64,000 bases of DNA from Paracoccaceae bacterium (lineage in GTDB: Bacteria; Pseudomonadota; Alphaproteobacteria; Rhodobacterales; Rhodobacteraceae): positions 39,776 through 103,775 of the forward strand of contig JBLHOS010000002.1 of assembly GCA_047623825.1 (NCBI GenBank). The letters are read 5' to 3'. Every line of letters starts with the position of its first letter. The first letter of the stretch is position 1. This document shows positions 19,501 to 29,535 of this stretch, in pieces. Made by a program: the position numbers and the translations under genes. The notes beneath the pieces were generated by a model that saw only the letters and a list, made by a program, of their open reading frames with translations, did not search any database and was not told the origin of the DNA.

Positions 19501-20262
19501 CAAAAAGCGATGGTTGGCGGTCACAAAGTGTATTTACGCACGGGTGAGTACGAAGATGGCGCCTTGGGTGAAATCTTTATCGACATGCATAAAGAGGGCG
19601 CAGGCTTTCGCGCGATGATGAATAACTTCGCTATCGCGGTGTCGGTTGGTCTGCAATATGGCGTGCCACTGGAAGAATTCGTCGATGCCTTCACTTTCAC
19701 CAAGTTTGAGCCAGCAGGCATGGTGCAAGGTAATGACAGCATCAAAAATGCGACCTCTATTCTGGACTATATCTTCCGTGAGCTGGCGGTCAGCTACCTG
19801 GATCGGACGGATCTGGCGCATGTGAAACCAGAAGGTGCCAGCTTTGATGATGTGGGTCGCGGATCGCACGAAGGTGCGTCTAACATCCAAAAGTTGTCAG
19901 ACAGTGCTGCTTCCAAGTCTTTGGAAGTGCTGAAGCAAATCAGCTCAACTGGATATCTGCGTAAGCGGGTCCCACAAGAGTTGGTGGTGCTGCAAGGCGG
20001 CGGTCAAATAACCGCAGCGGTAGCGTTCAGCGATGCCGCTGATCCGGTTGCTGTGTTGCAAACACTGGTGCCCGAGGTGTCATCAAGCACTGCGATCTCG
20101 TCTGGTTCAGTGTCTGGGGCGGTATCGATGAACCTCCGCGCGAAGGCTAAGATGCAAGGCTATGAGGGCGAGGCATGCGGAGAGTGCGGAAACTACACGC
20201 TGGTGCGCAATGGCACCTGCATGAAGTGCAACACTTGCGGCGGGACAAGCGGCTGTAGCTAA
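16570..20262 (+). CDS. nrdJ: Vitamin B12-dependent (class II) ribonucleoside-diphosphate reductase
   Basis: 1230 aa. The N-terminus MKIERRFT...[15 protein letters not shown], the catalytic NPCSEY region and the Cys-rich tail [28 protein letters not shown] are typical of long alphaproteobacterial NrdJ. Confidence 0.92.
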   Translation: MKIERRFTTESSGAYGDLEFTLTSSEIRNPDGTTVFKLDNVEVPVGWSQVASDVIAQKYFRKAGVPAALKPLKEKGIPSFLWRQVPDEDVLAKLPEHERFGGETSAKQVFRRLAGAWAYWGWKGGYFTDESDAKTYFEEMQLMLARQMAAPNSPQWFNTGLHWAYGIDGPAQGHYYVDHKSGKLTKSTSSYEHPQPHACFIQSVSDDLVNEGGIMDLWVREARLFKYGSGTGTNFSSLRGAGEALSGGGRSSGLMGFLKIGDRAAGAIKSGGTTRRAAKMVIIDADHPDIEEFINWKVIEEQKVASIVAGSKMHEARLNEIFAAIAAWDGLLEDAVDPTKNESLKSAIRAAKKVCIPETYVKRVLDYAKQGHTSIEFPTYDTDWDSEAYSSVSGQNSNNSIRVTDAFLDAVEKDLDWELINRTTGTAAKTMKARDLWEQVGHAAWACADPGIQYHDTINAWHTCPEDGAIRGSNPCSEYMFLDNTACNLASMNLLTLYHDGVFDSEGYIHATRLWTLTLEISVMMAQFPSKEIAQRSYDFRTLGLGYANIGGLLMNMGYGYDSPEGRAMCGALTALMSGVSYATSAEIAGELGAFNGFERNREHMLRVIRNHRNAAYGKTNGYEGLAIAPVPLDHGNCPDQTLVSLAKQAWDEALSLGEKNGYRNAQTSVIAPTGTIGLVMDCDTTGIEPDFALVKFKKLAGGGYFKIINQSVPGSLEMLGYSSSQIEEIVAYAVGHGTIGNAPGINHTSLIGHGFGPAELEKIEAALPSAFDIRFVFNQWTIGDEFCTKTLGIPAAKLNDPTFDLLRHLGFSKGDIEAANNHVCGTMTLEGAPFLKEKHLSIFDCANPCGKTGKRFLSVDSHIYMMAAAQSFISGAISKTINMPNNATIEDCKKAYELSWSLGVKANALYRDGSKLSQPLAAALVEDDDEAQETLESGTPIAKAYVLAEKIIEKVIVKEIIRSHREKMPQRRKGYTQKAMVGGHKVYLRTGEYEDGALGEIFIDMHKEGAGFRAMMNNFAIAVSVGLQYGVPLEEFVDAFTFTKFEPAGMVQGNDSIKNATSILDYIFRELAVSYLDRTDLAHVKPEGASFDDVGRGSHEGASNIQKLSDSAASKSLEVLKQISSTGYLRKRVPQELVVLQGGGQITAAVAFSDAADPVAVLQTLVPEVSSSTAISSGSVSGAVSMNLRAKAKMQGYEGEACGECGNYTLVRNGTCMKCNTCGGTSGCS

Positions 20263-20390
20263 CAAGATCGGGCGTGTTCCTTTGCTGGGAACGCGCCTGT
20301 TACACGGGGCGGGTGCGCTCGCCCCCGACGCGGTTCAGGCCGCAGGCAGAAACCGGGCGGTTATAAACACAGAGCCTGAACAGCGAACCT

Positions 20391-20419
20391 GGGGAAGCTT
20401 CGGCTTCCCCTTTTTCTTT
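20391..20419 (+). terminator. Strong rho-independent terminator
   Basis: GGGGAAGC-TTCG-GCTTCCCC followed by TTTTTCTTT, 130 nt downstream of the nrdJ stop. Confidence 0.8.
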
Positions 20420-20537
20420 GTTTGGGAGACGGATTAAAAGGAGCCCCTTGGCAGGCGCCTTCTGGTTTGATTTGCGTCCACGCAGGTTGGGGCGCTGCCC
20501 CAAACCCCGGAGTATTTCGTTCAAGAAAAATCTGAAA

Positions 20538-21845
20538 TCAGCGTTCGGGGATTAAGCCGCGCGGACTGAACCGCAGCATCAACAGCAAGAAGAGGCCCAT
20601 TGTCAGCAGCCGCATATGGGCAACCGAGCCCATTAGATGCAGGCGCAAGGCGTTATCTTCGGCCATACCAGAGGTCAGAATGGTCATTAATAATGCGCCG
20701 ATCGGTTCCACTTGAATCCAGAGCCACCAGACCAGAAAGCCACCCAAAACTGCGCCCCAATTATTGCCGGAGCCGCCGACGATCACCATGACCCAAACCA
20801 GGAACGTAAAGCGCAGCGGCTGATAGGTGCCGGGCACAAGCTGGCCGTCTAAAGTCGTCATCATCGCGCCGGCCATGCCGCACACAGCAGATCCGAGGAT
20901 GAAGATCTGCAGATGTCGCGCTGTAACGTTCTTACCCATGGCTGAGGCTGAGACCTCATTATCGCGGATCGCGCGCATCATTCGCCCCCACGGGGAATTC
21001 AGTGCCTTTTCGCTAAGCCAGATCAACCCCAGAAGCACGACGATGAAAAGCCCGGCATAGGCCAGTTTGACGGTCACGCTGGAGGCAGTGGTCGGATCCA
21101 TCCCGAAGCGGGTGGTAAAGGCTAAAAAGCGCTCGCTGACTTGCAGATCGATTTCGTAAGGGACCGGACGGGGTAGGGCAGTGACGTTCTTCACACCACG
21201 CGCCAACCAATCCTCATTCTTCAGGACGGAGATAATGATCTCGGCGATGCCAAGCGTCGCAATCGCCAGATAATCAGAGCGCAATCCAAGGGCGGTTTTG
21301 CCAATGATCCATGCGGCTCCGGCGGCAAGTAATCCGCCCATCGGCCAAGCCAAGACAATTGGTAGACCCATACCACCAAGATATCCGGTTGCGGCTGGTG
21401 TCACACTTTCAACCGCATCAACGGCGGGGTCGAACACGGCCCTGAACAAGAAGAACCCGCCAACCAAGATGATTAGCATAGCGGCAGATCGAATGTTACC
21501 CTTCGGCAATCTGCTCCAAGCCAAAATGGCGGCAATAATTGTAGCGCCCCCCAAAAATAGCCCCATCAGCACACCCAGCCCTCCGGCGGCCCAAGCATCT
21601 GTGGTTGGTGGCATGGCGATCAAGACGGTAGCCAAACCACCCAAGGCGACAAACCCCATGATCCCAACGTTGAAAAGGCCCGCATAGCCCCATTGCATAT
21701 TCACGCCCAACGCCATTATCGCAGAGATCAGGCCCATATTGAAAATCGTCAGCGCCGTGTTCCACGACTGTACGAAACCGGTGCCAATAAACAGGCTACC
21801 GACCAACAAGAAGAGGATAACGGTCTTGGGCTGAGCCAAAGTCAT
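20538..21845 (-). CDS. livM: Branched-chain amino acid (HAAT family) ABC transporter permease, LivM type
   Basis: 435-aa polytopic membrane protein. Its start overlaps the stop of the upstream LivH-type permease, and the Gly/Ala/Leu-rich TM pattern fits LivM. Confidence 0.8.
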   Translation of the reverse strand: MTLAQPKTVILFLLVGSLFIGTGFVQSWNTALTIFNMGLISAIMALGVNMQWGYAGLFNVGIMGFVALGGLATVLIAMPPTTDAWAAGGLGVLMGLFLGGATIIAAILAWSRLPKGNIRSAAMLIILVGGFFLFRAVFDPAVDAVESVTPAATGYLGGMGLPIVLAWPMGGLLAAGAAWIIGKTALGLRSDYLAIATLGIAEIIISVLKNEDWLARGVKNVTALPRPVPYEIDLQVSERFLAFTTRFGMDPTTASSVTVKLAYAGLFIVVLLGLIWLSEKALNSPWGRMMRAIRDNEVSASAMGKNVTARHLQIFILGSAVCGMAGAMMTTLDGQLVPGTYQPLRFTFLVWVMVIVGGSGNNWGAVLGGFLVWWLWIQVEPIGALLMTILTSGMAEDNALRLHLMGSVAHMRLLTMGLFLLLMLRFSPRGLIPER

Positions 21846-22852
21846 ACCGATTTTCCTTTGAAAAGACCCGTGGGCTTGAACAGTAAGACGATCAGCAAGA
21901 TGCCAAAGCTGACGGCGAATTTATAGTCTGTTGAGAGAAGCTGCAGGAGCCCGTCTGGTTGCCAATCCTCTGGTCCAAGATATCCAACTACTTTGCGAAA
22001 GGCGTAGGTGATGCTGATCTCGGAGAAGGCGATGACAAACCCACCGACAATAGCACCAAGCGGATTTCCAAGCCCCCCGACGATGGCGGACGCAAAAATT
22101 GGCAAAAGTAGTTGGAAATAGGTGAATGGCTTGAAGCTTTTGTCGAGGCCATAAAGGACGCCGGCAGTTGTCGCCAAGGCCGCCACGATTAGCCACGTAT
22201 AAAGTACAACCCGGTCTGGGTTAATCCCTGACAACAGCGCCAGATCCTCATTGTCCGAAAATGCCCGCATGGATTTGCCGGTACGTGTGCGGTTTAGAAA
22301 CCAGAACAATAACGCCACGACCAAAATTGCCGTCACAATCGTGATGCCCTGAGAGGTGCGAAAGGCCAGCCCCTCATCAAGACCGGTCAGTGCCTTAAAC
22401 GTACGCGTGGAAATGATGAATCGCTCGCCATCAGCAAAGCGCTGGTCATCGGGGCCAATGATAAAGCGGACTAAGCCGTTCATTATAAACATCACACCAA
22501 GCGAGGCGATGACGTAGATCACCGGTTTGGCCTTTTGCTGCCGGTAGAATTGATAGACTAACTTATCTGTCCCAACGACTAAAAGACAGGTCGCCGCGAT
22601 CCCAAAGGGCAGGGCCAAAAGGGCAGTCGGCAATGGGCCAAGGCTAACGCCCATCCCTTGAAAGCCCCAAGTTACCAAAATGGTAACCATCGCGCCAAAG
22701 GCCATGGTGTCGCCATGTGCGAAATTGGAAAACCGCAGGATGCCATAGATCAAGGTGACGCCAAGTGCGCCCAAGGCCAATTGTGCGCCGTAAGCGGTGG
22801 CCGGAACGATCACGAAATTGGCCAGAGCCACAATAGAGTTCAAGAAGTCCAA
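21842..22852 (-). CDS. livH: Branched-chain amino acid (HAAT family) ABC transporter permease, LivH type
   Basis: 336 aa starting MDFLNSIV..., with LSNFAHGD- and GGLGNPLGAIVGG-type motifs. TTG start with GAGGA 10 nt upstream. Confidence 0.8.
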   Translation of the reverse strand: MDFLNSIVALANFVIVPATAYGAQLALGALGVTLIYGILRFSNFAHGDTMAFGAMVTILVTWGFQGMGVSLGPLPTALLALPFGIAATCLLVVGTDKLVYQFYRQQKAKPVIYVIASLGVMFIMNGLVRFIIGPDDQRFADGERFIISTRTFKALTGLDEGLAFRTSQGITIVTAILVVALLFWFLNRTRTGKSMRAFSDNEDLALLSGINPDRVVLYTWLIVAALATTAGVLYGLDKSFKPFTYFQLLLPIFASAIVGGLGNPLGAIVGGFVIAFSEISITYAFRKVVGYLGPEDWQPDGLLQLLSTDYKFAVSFGILLIVLLFKPTGLFKGKSV

Positions 22853-22855
22853 GGT

Positions 22856-23230
22856 TCAGAGATCCTCACATATGCCAAAGTAGGAGACGGCAAAACTGCC
22901 GGAAGCCGTAAAATGGGCGGTCATCAATGCAGTGTTGTCGGCGTTGATTGAGATCATCTCGGTCGGGCCACCCTCAGCGGAGCTGGCATAAACCCGGGGA
23001 AATTGGCCCTCAAGGCTGATCTGTTGAGTGGTTGTCGTGCTGATAACGCGTGAAATGTACAACTGGCTTTCGTGGTTCAGCGTGCTGATCTCAATGCCAT
23101 AGGCGCTTTCGGTGCAATCTTGGCCAGCGACGCATTCGCCTGTGAAATCACACCGATAGGGTTCAGCGGAGGCCGGGACCGCAACAAAAGCCGCCAGTAT
23201 CATCATATGGAGAATTCTGCCCATCCTCAT
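22856..23230 (-). CDS. Small exported protein of unknown function embedded in the liv operon
   Basis: 124 aa with signal peptide MRMGRILHMMILAAFVAVPASA and four Cys in the mature part (CDFTGECVAGQDC ... GICEDL). Its ATG overlaps the livF stop (ATGA), its stop is 3 nt from the livH start, and it contains the livH SD. Confidence 0.6.
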   Translation of the reverse strand: MRMGRILHMMILAAFVAVPASAEPYRCDFTGECVAGQDCTESAYGIEISTLNHESQLYISRVISTTTTQQISLEGQFPRVYASSAEGGPTEMISINADNTALMTAHFTASGSFAVSYFGICEDL

Positions 23231-23940
23231 CCGCCCAGAAAACTCCGACGGACTTCGGGATCTTCCAGTAGGGCCTTGCCGGTATCGGTGAACGCGTTGC
23301 GGCCTTGCACCATCACATACCCCTTGTCGGCAATCGCCAACGCCTGGCGGGCATTTTGTTCAACCATCAAGATCGAGATCCCGGTGCGGGCCACCTCGAT
23401 GATCCGATCAAACAGCTCATCCATCACGATGGGAGAAACACCAGCCGTCGGTTCATCCAGCATCAAGACACTAGGTTGGGTCATCAACGCGCGCCCAACG
23501 GCGACTTGCTGACGTTGCCCCCCGGACAATTCACCTGCTGGCTGGGCACGTTTGTCTTTCAAGATTGGAAACAGATCGTAGACTTGGGCCAATGTGTCGG
23601 AAAAATCGTCCGGCCGCAGGAAAGCGCCCATCTCCAGGTTCTCTTCGACCGTCAAAGACGTGAAAATGTTTGAGGTTTGCGGCACAAATCCCATCCCCTT
23701 GGCGACACGTGCCTGCGGCGAAAGCTTGGTGATATCCTCACCATTCAGGCGCACCGCCCCATCACGCACATTCAACATGCCAAAGATCGCCTTCATCGCG
23801 GTTGATTTTCCGGCACCGTTCGGGCCAACAATCACAGCGATTTCTCCTTTGTTGACCGAGACAGTACACGCATGCAGGATATCTGCGCCTGTGCCATAGC
23901 CACCTGTCATCTGATCACCGATCAGGAATGGTTCAGACAT
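23227..23940 (-). CDS. livF: HAAT-family ABC transporter ATP-binding protein, LivF type
   Basis: Walker A GPNGAGKST, signature LSGGQRQ, Walker B LMLDEP. Confidence 0.88.
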   Translation of the reverse strand: MSEPFLIGDQMTGGYGTGADILHACTVSVNKGEIAVIVGPNGAGKSTAMKAIFGMLNVRDGAVRLNGEDITKLSPQARVAKGMGFVPQTSNIFTSLTVEENLEMGAFLRPDDFSDTLAQVYDLFPILKDKRAQPAGELSGGQRQQVAVGRALMTQPSVLMLDEPTAGVSPIVMDELFDRIIEVARTGISILMVEQNARQALAIADKGYVMVQGRNAFTDTGKALLEDPEVRRSFLGG

Positions 23941-23988
23941 GTTTGGCCCCTGTCTTTTTCTTGGTCACAATACTCAAAACTCGCCCCA

Positions 23989-24774
23989 TCAACCGGCACT
24001 GGCCGCTGTTTTATTCTTCAGACCGGTGCCCAGATAGGCCTCGATCACTTGCTCATTGGCTTTGATCTGCTGAATTGTGCCTTCGGCCAACACATGGCCC
24101 TCAGCCATCACAATCACCGGGTCACACAGACGTCCGATGAAATCCATGTCATGCTCAATCATGCAAAATGTATAACCGCGCTCTTGGTTCAGGCGTAGGA
24201 TCGCATCGCCGATTGTGTTCAGTAGGGTGCGGTTCACACCGGCACCGACTTCGTCCAGAAACACGATCTTGGCATCGACCATCATAGTCCGACCCAGTTC
24301 TAACAGCTTCTTTTGCCCACCAGACAAGTTACCAGCTTTCTCATCCGCCAGATGATCGATCGTCAGAAATTCCAGAACCTCATCGGCTTTTTTTGCCAAT
24401 TTACGTTCTTCTGCCTCAATTTTGGCACGCGCAAACCAAGTGTTCCACAATGTCTCTCCGGATTGTCCGCTGGGAACCATCATCAGGTTCTCACGCACTG
24501 TCATGGAGGCGAATTCATGGGCGATCTGAAAGGTCCGCAACAATCCTTTTTCGAACAGCGCATGTGGCGGCAGGCCAGTGATATCTTCGCCGTCCATCGT
24601 GACGCGCCCAGAGGTTGGTTTAAGAACGCCTGCGATCACATTGAATAGTGTGGTTTTCCCGGCACCGTTTGGCCCGATCAACCCAGTGATTGAGCCTGAT
24701 TTGATCTCAAGAGATGCGCCATCCACTGCGTGAAAGCCCCCGAAATGCTTGTGGATGTCTTCTACGATGATCAT
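23989..24774 (-). CDS. livG: HAAT-family ABC transporter ATP-binding protein, LivG type
   Basis: Walker A GPNGAGKTT, signature LSGGQKK, Walker B VFLDEV, and the LivG-type C-terminal extension ...VIEAYLG. ATG at 24774 preferred over TTG at 24786. Confidence 0.88.
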   Translation of the reverse strand: MIIVEDIHKHFGGFHAVDGASLEIKSGSITGLIGPNGAGKTTLFNVIAGVLKPTSGRVTMDGEDITGLPPHALFEKGLLRTFQIAHEFASMTVRENLMMVPSGQSGETLWNTWFARAKIEAEERKLAKKADEVLEFLTIDHLADEKAGNLSGGQKKLLELGRTMMVDAKIVFLDEVGAGVNRTLLNTIGDAILRLNQERGYTFCMIEHDMDFIGRLCDPVIVMAEGHVLAEGTIQQIKANEQVIEAYLGTGLKNKTAASAG

Positions 24775-24848
24775 AAAATGCCCCAACCTACAAAGATCGC
24801 AGCCCGGTAATTAGACCGGGCTGCGTTCATGGTAACTCTTAGATGAGT

Positions 24849-26042
24849 TTAGCGGTACTGCGCTGTCGTGATCTCACCACCGGTGATCTCGATCTCACGG
24901 TAGTTGCCGGCACTTTCGCCGCCACCGATCAACTCAACAGCTGACGCACCCAAATAGTCGATGTCGCCGCCTGCCGCGAGGATCTCAAGACCGCGGGCCA
25001 ATTCACCAGGCAAAATCAATTCACCTGGCGCGTTGGCCACGTCCATGATGTGCGCTGCGTAATCGCTTGGTTCAACTGAACCGGCGGCTTGCATGGCAAA
25101 CATCATCAACGCTGCTGCATCATAGCTCTCTGGCGAGAATGGCGAAGTGCCATCAAAGCCCGCTGCTGTTGCCATCGCTGTATACAGGCTTGCGCCTTCG
25201 CTGTCGGTTCCAGGATGTTGGCCGAATGAGCCATCAATATCGGAGCCAAAGTTGTCTTGCAGTGCTTGGCTGATCATGCCGTCTGGGAAGACGAATGTCT
25301 CAAACGCGCCAGTGTCCAGTGCGGCCTGAACGATGCCCGATCCACCTTGGTCGACATAACCAGCAACAACCAGAACATCACCACCAGCGGACGCAAGCGC
25401 ACCAACTTCGGCGGAATAGTCTGCACGGCCGTCTTCATGGGCTGCGACCATTGTCACGGTTCCGCCCGCTGCCTCAAACGCTGCGGCAAAGCTGTCTGCA
25501 AGACCTTGGCCATAGTCGTTGTTGGTGTAGGTAACGGCAACTTCATCATAGCCGCGATCCATGATCACCGAGGTCATGACCTGACCTTGGCGTGCATCAG
25601 ATGGTGCTGTGCGGAAGAACAGACCGTTGTCTTCAACGGTGCTGAGTGCTGGCGATGTGGCGGATGGTGAAATCATGACCATACCGTTGGCGATCGCAAC
25701 GTTTGACAAGATAGCAGTGGTCACGCCTGAGCAATCTGCCCCAACGATACCTTTGACACCGTCAGATGTGATCAAGCGCTCGGCGGCCGCCGTGGCTGCG
25801 GACGCGTCAATGCATGTGCTGTCTGCACGAACTGAGTTGACCGTCATGCCACCCAGAAACGCGCCAGATGCAGTTACCTCAGCCATCGCCAATTCAGCGC
25901 CTGCGGCCATCGAAGGGGCTAGCGATTCAATTGGTCCGGTGAAGCCGAGGATGATGCCGATATCAACTGAGTTGTGCCCGTCCGCATATGCGCCCGTGCT
26001 CATCAGCGCTGCAGCCGCTGTGGCCGTCAGAAACTTTTTCAT
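24849..26042 (-). CDS. ABC transporter periplasmic substrate-binding protein (LivK/type I PBP family)
   Basis: 397 aa with signal peptide MKKFLTATAAAALMSTGAYA. It is the first gene of the liv-type operon. Its ligand cannot be inferred. Confidence 0.8.
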   Translation of the reverse strand: MKKFLTATAAAALMSTGAYADGHNSVDIGIILGFTGPIESLAPSMAAGAELAMAEVTASGAFLGGMTVNSVRADSTCIDASAATAAAERLITSDGVKGIVGADCSGVTTAILSNVAIANGMVMISPSATSPALSTVEDNGLFFRTAPSDARQGQVMTSVIMDRGYDEVAVTYTNNDYGQGLADSFAAAFEAAGGTVTMVAAHEDGRADYSAEVGALASAGGDVLVVAGYVDQGGSGIVQAALDTGAFETFVFPDGMISQALQDNFGSDIDGSFGQHPGTDSEGASLYTAMATAAGFDGTSPFSPESYDAAALMMFAMQAAGSVEPSDYAAHIMDVANAPGELILPGELARGLEILAAGGDIDYLGASAVELIGGGESAGNYREIEITGGEITTAQYR

Positions 26043-26203
26043 TTTTGTCTCCCTAGTTGGACAAGAAATCCGTGGAAGTGACCCTATAGAGGGGTGTTGG
26101 GGTTAGGAAGTTGATTTCCTATCTGGCAGTTGATTAAATTTTCCGCTGGATACAAGTGTTTAATTTCGCGAAATATTCTTTGTCCAAGTTTGAGGAGAAA
26201 ACG

Positions 26204-27307
26204 ATGAGAGTGGGTCATTTCATTTTGCTTTTTACTGGAACCGCCTCGTCAACCTGCGCGATACAGGCTGAAGAGTACGATCTTTCTGTCGGAACCGTAG
26301 CGATTACCGCGATGGCAACGGGGCTGGAGGAGCCTTGGGCTGTGGGCTTCCTGCCTGATGGCGGATTTTTGGTGACGCTACGTGGAGGCATACTGCGCCG
26401 GTACGATGCTATGGGTGATTTCGTCGAAGTGTCTGGCGTGCCAACTGTCTTTGATGATGGGCAGGGCGGATTGCTGGACGTCCTGATCCCGCGAGATTTT
26501 GAACAGAGCGGTGAGATCTTTTTCACAATCGCAGCGCAGCAAGGGCGTGGTGCGGGAACTGCGTTGGTCCGGGCCCGGCTTGATGGTGACTGGTTGCGCA
26601 ACGTTGAGACAATCTGGGAGATGGAACGCGGCAGTCGGGGTGGCCGGCATTTTGGATCGCGCATCGTTGAGGGGCGCGACGGGATGCTTTATGTGACTGT
26701 TGGTGAACGCGGCGACATGCCCTCTGCGCAAGATCTGACGCGCGAAAACGGCTCAGTCATTCGTGTGATGCGTGACGGACGCATCCCTGCCGACAATCCG
26801 TTTGTAGATCGTGGTGGCGCGCAGCCAGAGATCTGGAGCTATGGACACCGCAACCCACAAGGCGCCGCAATGGATGGGGCTGGGCAGCTATGGGTTGTTG
26901 AGCACGGTGCGCGGGGCGGTGATGAGGTGAACCGCATCATCCGCGGCGCCAACTATGGCTGGCCCGTCATTGCTTATGGCAGTCACTACACTGGCCTGCC
27001 CATCGGTGAGGGAACCGCTGCCGAGGGAATGGAGCAGCCAGTGCACTATTGGGACCCCTCAATCGCGCCGTCCGGTGCCACGTTTTATGAGGGCGATCAA
27101 TTTCCTGGCTGGTCAGGGGACCTGTTCGTCGGTTCGCTGGTCTTTGACTATATCGCGCGGCTGGATCCAGACACCGGCATGAGCGAGGTCGAAAAGATAG
27201 CGACGCCGCAAACCGGGCGTGTCCGCGATGTGCGCACCGCCCCGGACGGATCGATTTGGTTCTTGTCCGTTAGCAATAGCGCGCTGTACCGAATTGCCCC
27301 ACGCTGA
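26204..27307 (+). CDS. PQQ-dependent soluble sugar (glucose/sorbosone) dehydrogenase, YliI-like beta-propeller
   Basis: Motifs LEEPWAVGFLPDG, GQGGLLDV, HFGSRI, PEIWSYGHRNPQG, HGARGGDEVN and NYGWP. GAGGAG SD before ATG 26204; the ORF-track start at 26156 is a GTG. Confidence 0.82.
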   Translation: MRVGHFILLFTGTASSTCAIQAEEYDLSVGTVAITAMATGLEEPWAVGFLPDGGFLVTLRGGILRRYDAMGDFVEVSGVPTVFDDGQGGLLDVLIPRDFEQSGEIFFTIAAQQGRGAGTALVRARLDGDWLRNVETIWEMERGSRGGRHFGSRIVEGRDGMLYVTVGERGDMPSAQDLTRENGSVIRVMRDGRIPADNPFVDRGGAQPEIWSYGHRNPQGAAMDGAGQLWVVEHGARGGDEVNRIIRGANYGWPVIAYGSHYTGLPIGEGTAAEGMEQPVHYWDPSIAPSGATFYEGDQFPGWSGDLFVGSLVFDYIARLDPDTGMSEVEKIATPQTGRVRDVRTAPDGSIWFLSVSNSALYRIAPR

Positions 27308-27311
27308 GCTT

Positions 27312-28733
27312 CTAAAGGAGCCCCGGCAGCCAAAGCACGATCCCGGGGAAGGCGATCAACACTGCCACGGTGGCCACGTCAGCCCCGAAGAAAGGTGTGG
27401 CCCCGCGGAATACGTCTTGAACACTGATCGGCAATTTCGCGTCCTGAGCGACACCGGCAACAACAAAACAATTTAATCCTATGGGCGGCGTAATCAAACA
27501 AAGCTCCGCCATTTTAACCACGATGATGCCAAACCAGATCGCGCATTCCTCCGACGTCATGCCAAAGGCGCTATCGGCCCGTGCAACGCCTTCGCCACCA
27601 TTCAGGGCGATAATCGCAGGGTAGGTGACAGGCAAGGTCAAGATCAGCATGCCGATGGCATCCATGAACATGCCTAAGATTACATAGACCCCTAAGATCA
27701 TCAAAAGAATGATGTATGGTGAATAATCTAGGCTGGAAATGAAGGCTGCAAATTCATCAGGCAGGCGTGCAAAACCCAAGAACCGGACATAGATTAGCAC
27801 GCCCCAGATCATGGTGAAGATCATCACCGTCAGCTTGCCCGCCTCCATCAGCGCGCCACGCAGGTCTTTCCATTTCATACCTTGCCACAGGGCCATCAAA
27901 AGAACGACGAACGCGCCCAATGCCCCAGCCTCAGTTGGTGTGGCCCACCCAAAATAGATCGAATAGATAATAATGAAGATCACAAAGAAGATCGGCAACG
28001 TGCCCGGTAGGCTTTGAAAACGCTCAGTCCAGGTGAAGCCGCCGACTGGTGGACCCAGGTCCTTGCGCCATTTGGCCATAAAGACGATTAGACCGGCATA
28101 GATCAGGGCCGAAACAAACCCCGGAACAAATCCTGCCAACAGCAGTTTGCCCACTGATTGCTCAACGATGATCGCATAGATGACCAAAATGGCCGAGGGT
28201 GGGATCAGGGACGCCAATGTGCCGCCTGCGGCGACGACGCCAGCGGCAAATGCCTTGTCGTAACCCACCTTCAGCATTTCTGGGATCGCGATGCGCGCAA
28301 AGACCGCTGAGGTCGCGACAGATGCACCAGAGACCGCGGCGAAACCTGCGGTTGCAAACACAGTTGCCACGCCAAGACCGCCGGGCATCCAGCCAACCCA
28401 CCGTTTAGCCATCTCAAACAGCGCTTTTGTCAGACCCGCATAATAGGCCAGATAGCCGATCAGAATGAAGGTTGGGATCAAGCTAAGCGAATATAGCGTC
28501 GCCTTGGAATGTGGCACCTGGCCAGTCAGGCCAATGGCTGTGATCAGACCGCGATCAAATCCTTGGCGCTGCATGAAGAACAAGCAAAGCCCTAGAAAGC
28601 CGATAAACGCGGTGGCAAAAGCCACCCTTACGCCGATGATGACCAGAACCACTAGGAAACCAGACAACCACAAGGAGACGTTGAAAATATCGACGCCCTC
28701 CATAAGGGCGCGCATGTCGATGTAGCTATCCAA
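27312..28733 (-). CDS. TRAP transporter large permease (DctM family)
   Basis: 473-aa polytopic membrane protein in an operon with DctQ- and DctP-type genes. Confidence 0.85.
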   Translation of the reverse strand: MDSYIDMRALMEGVDIFNVSLWLSGFLVVLVIIGVRVAFATAFIGFLGLCLFFMQRQGFDRGLITAIGLTGQVPHSKATLYSLSLIPTFILIGYLAYYAGLTKALFEMAKRWVGWMPGGLGVATVFATAGFAAVSGASVATSAVFARIAIPEMLKVGYDKAFAAGVVAAGGTLASLIPPSAILVIYAIIVEQSVGKLLLAGFVPGFVSALIYAGLIVFMAKWRKDLGPPVGGFTWTERFQSLPGTLPIFFVIFIIIYSIYFGWATPTEAGALGAFVVLLMALWQGMKWKDLRGALMEAGKLTVMIFTMIWGVLIYVRFLGFARLPDEFAAFISSLDYSPYIILLMILGVYVILGMFMDAIGMLILTLPVTYPAIIALNGGEGVARADSAFGMTSEECAIWFGIIVVKMAELCLITPPIGLNCFVVAGVAQDAKLPISVQDVFRGATPFFGADVATVAVLIAFPGIVLWLPGLL

Positions 28734-28827
28734 CTAGATGTTCCTCTCTGGGTCCATGTCGGACCGGAGTATTTGGACTAAGAAAAACCCGAAAGCGGCC
28801 AAGCAGGTGCTGGCGCGGTCTTCGGCT

Positions 28828-29475
28828 TTATTTCTCATTGAGTTTATCTTCGATCCCTTTGACCGTATCGGCCTCACGGGCCGCCTGGCTCATTGGGTCT
28901 TCAGGCAGGGGCACGCCGATCGGACGGTCGGCGTTGGTCCGGATCGCCCGACCAAACCCCCAAAGTTGTAAAACTAGTCGCAGCCAAAGCAGGCTAAGCG
29001 AAACTGGTACGATCAATTTGGCTGGCCAAAGTGGTAGCGCGATGTCGATCGAGCTGTCGCGGCTAAAAAGCGGCGCGTTTACATCGAAGCTGCGCCCAAA
29101 ATGCATCCAAGTGCCGTAAACCAACGCTGTAGTCATCAGCAACATGAATAAGATCGATATCCATTCGGCAAACCACAACCTGCGACCGCGCAATTGCCCG
29201 ATGACGATATCCATACGGATATGCCCGCCTTCGCGCTGGCAATAGGCCAAGCCCAAAAACGCAAAGGCCGCCATGAATTGTTGGGTCCAATCGACATATC
29301 CGGGCACGGGCGCATTAAAGAGTTTGCGCCCCAAAACGTTCCAGACTGCCAGCAGAACCAGCATGAAAATCACAATCCCGCCCGCTAGGTTGAAGTTAGC
29401 CTCGACCCTTAAAAGGAGACGATCTAGCCGGGATAGCCGGGAGTTATCGGTCAAGACCGAGGAGGATGAGGACAT
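28828..29475 (-). CDS. TRAP transporter small permease (DctQ family)
   Basis: 215 aa with four predicted TM segments, lying between the DctP and DctM genes. Confidence 0.75.
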   Translation of the reverse strand: MSSSSSVLTDNSRLSRLDRLLLRVEANFNLAGGIVIFMLVLLAVWNVLGRKLFNAPVPGYVDWTQQFMAAFAFLGLAYCQREGGHIRMDIVIGQLRGRRLWFAEWISILFMLLMTTALVYGTWMHFGRSFDVNAPLFSRDSSIDIALPLWPAKLIVPVSLSLLWLRLVLQLWGFGRAIRTNADRPIGVPLPEDPMSQAAREADTVKGIEDKLNEK

Positions 29476-29535
29476 GTAAAATTGCTCAATCTAGGCAAGC
29501 AGGACCCGGACAAATTGCCGGGCCCTGCGTGTTGG

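Noticed and set aside
16570-20262. An intein inside the 1230-aa NrdJ
   Set aside because: The length is normal for alphaproteobacterial class II reductases. No Cys/Ser-start Hint block or His-Asn end is visible in the translation, and the extra length is the usual C-terminal linker plus Cys-rich tail.
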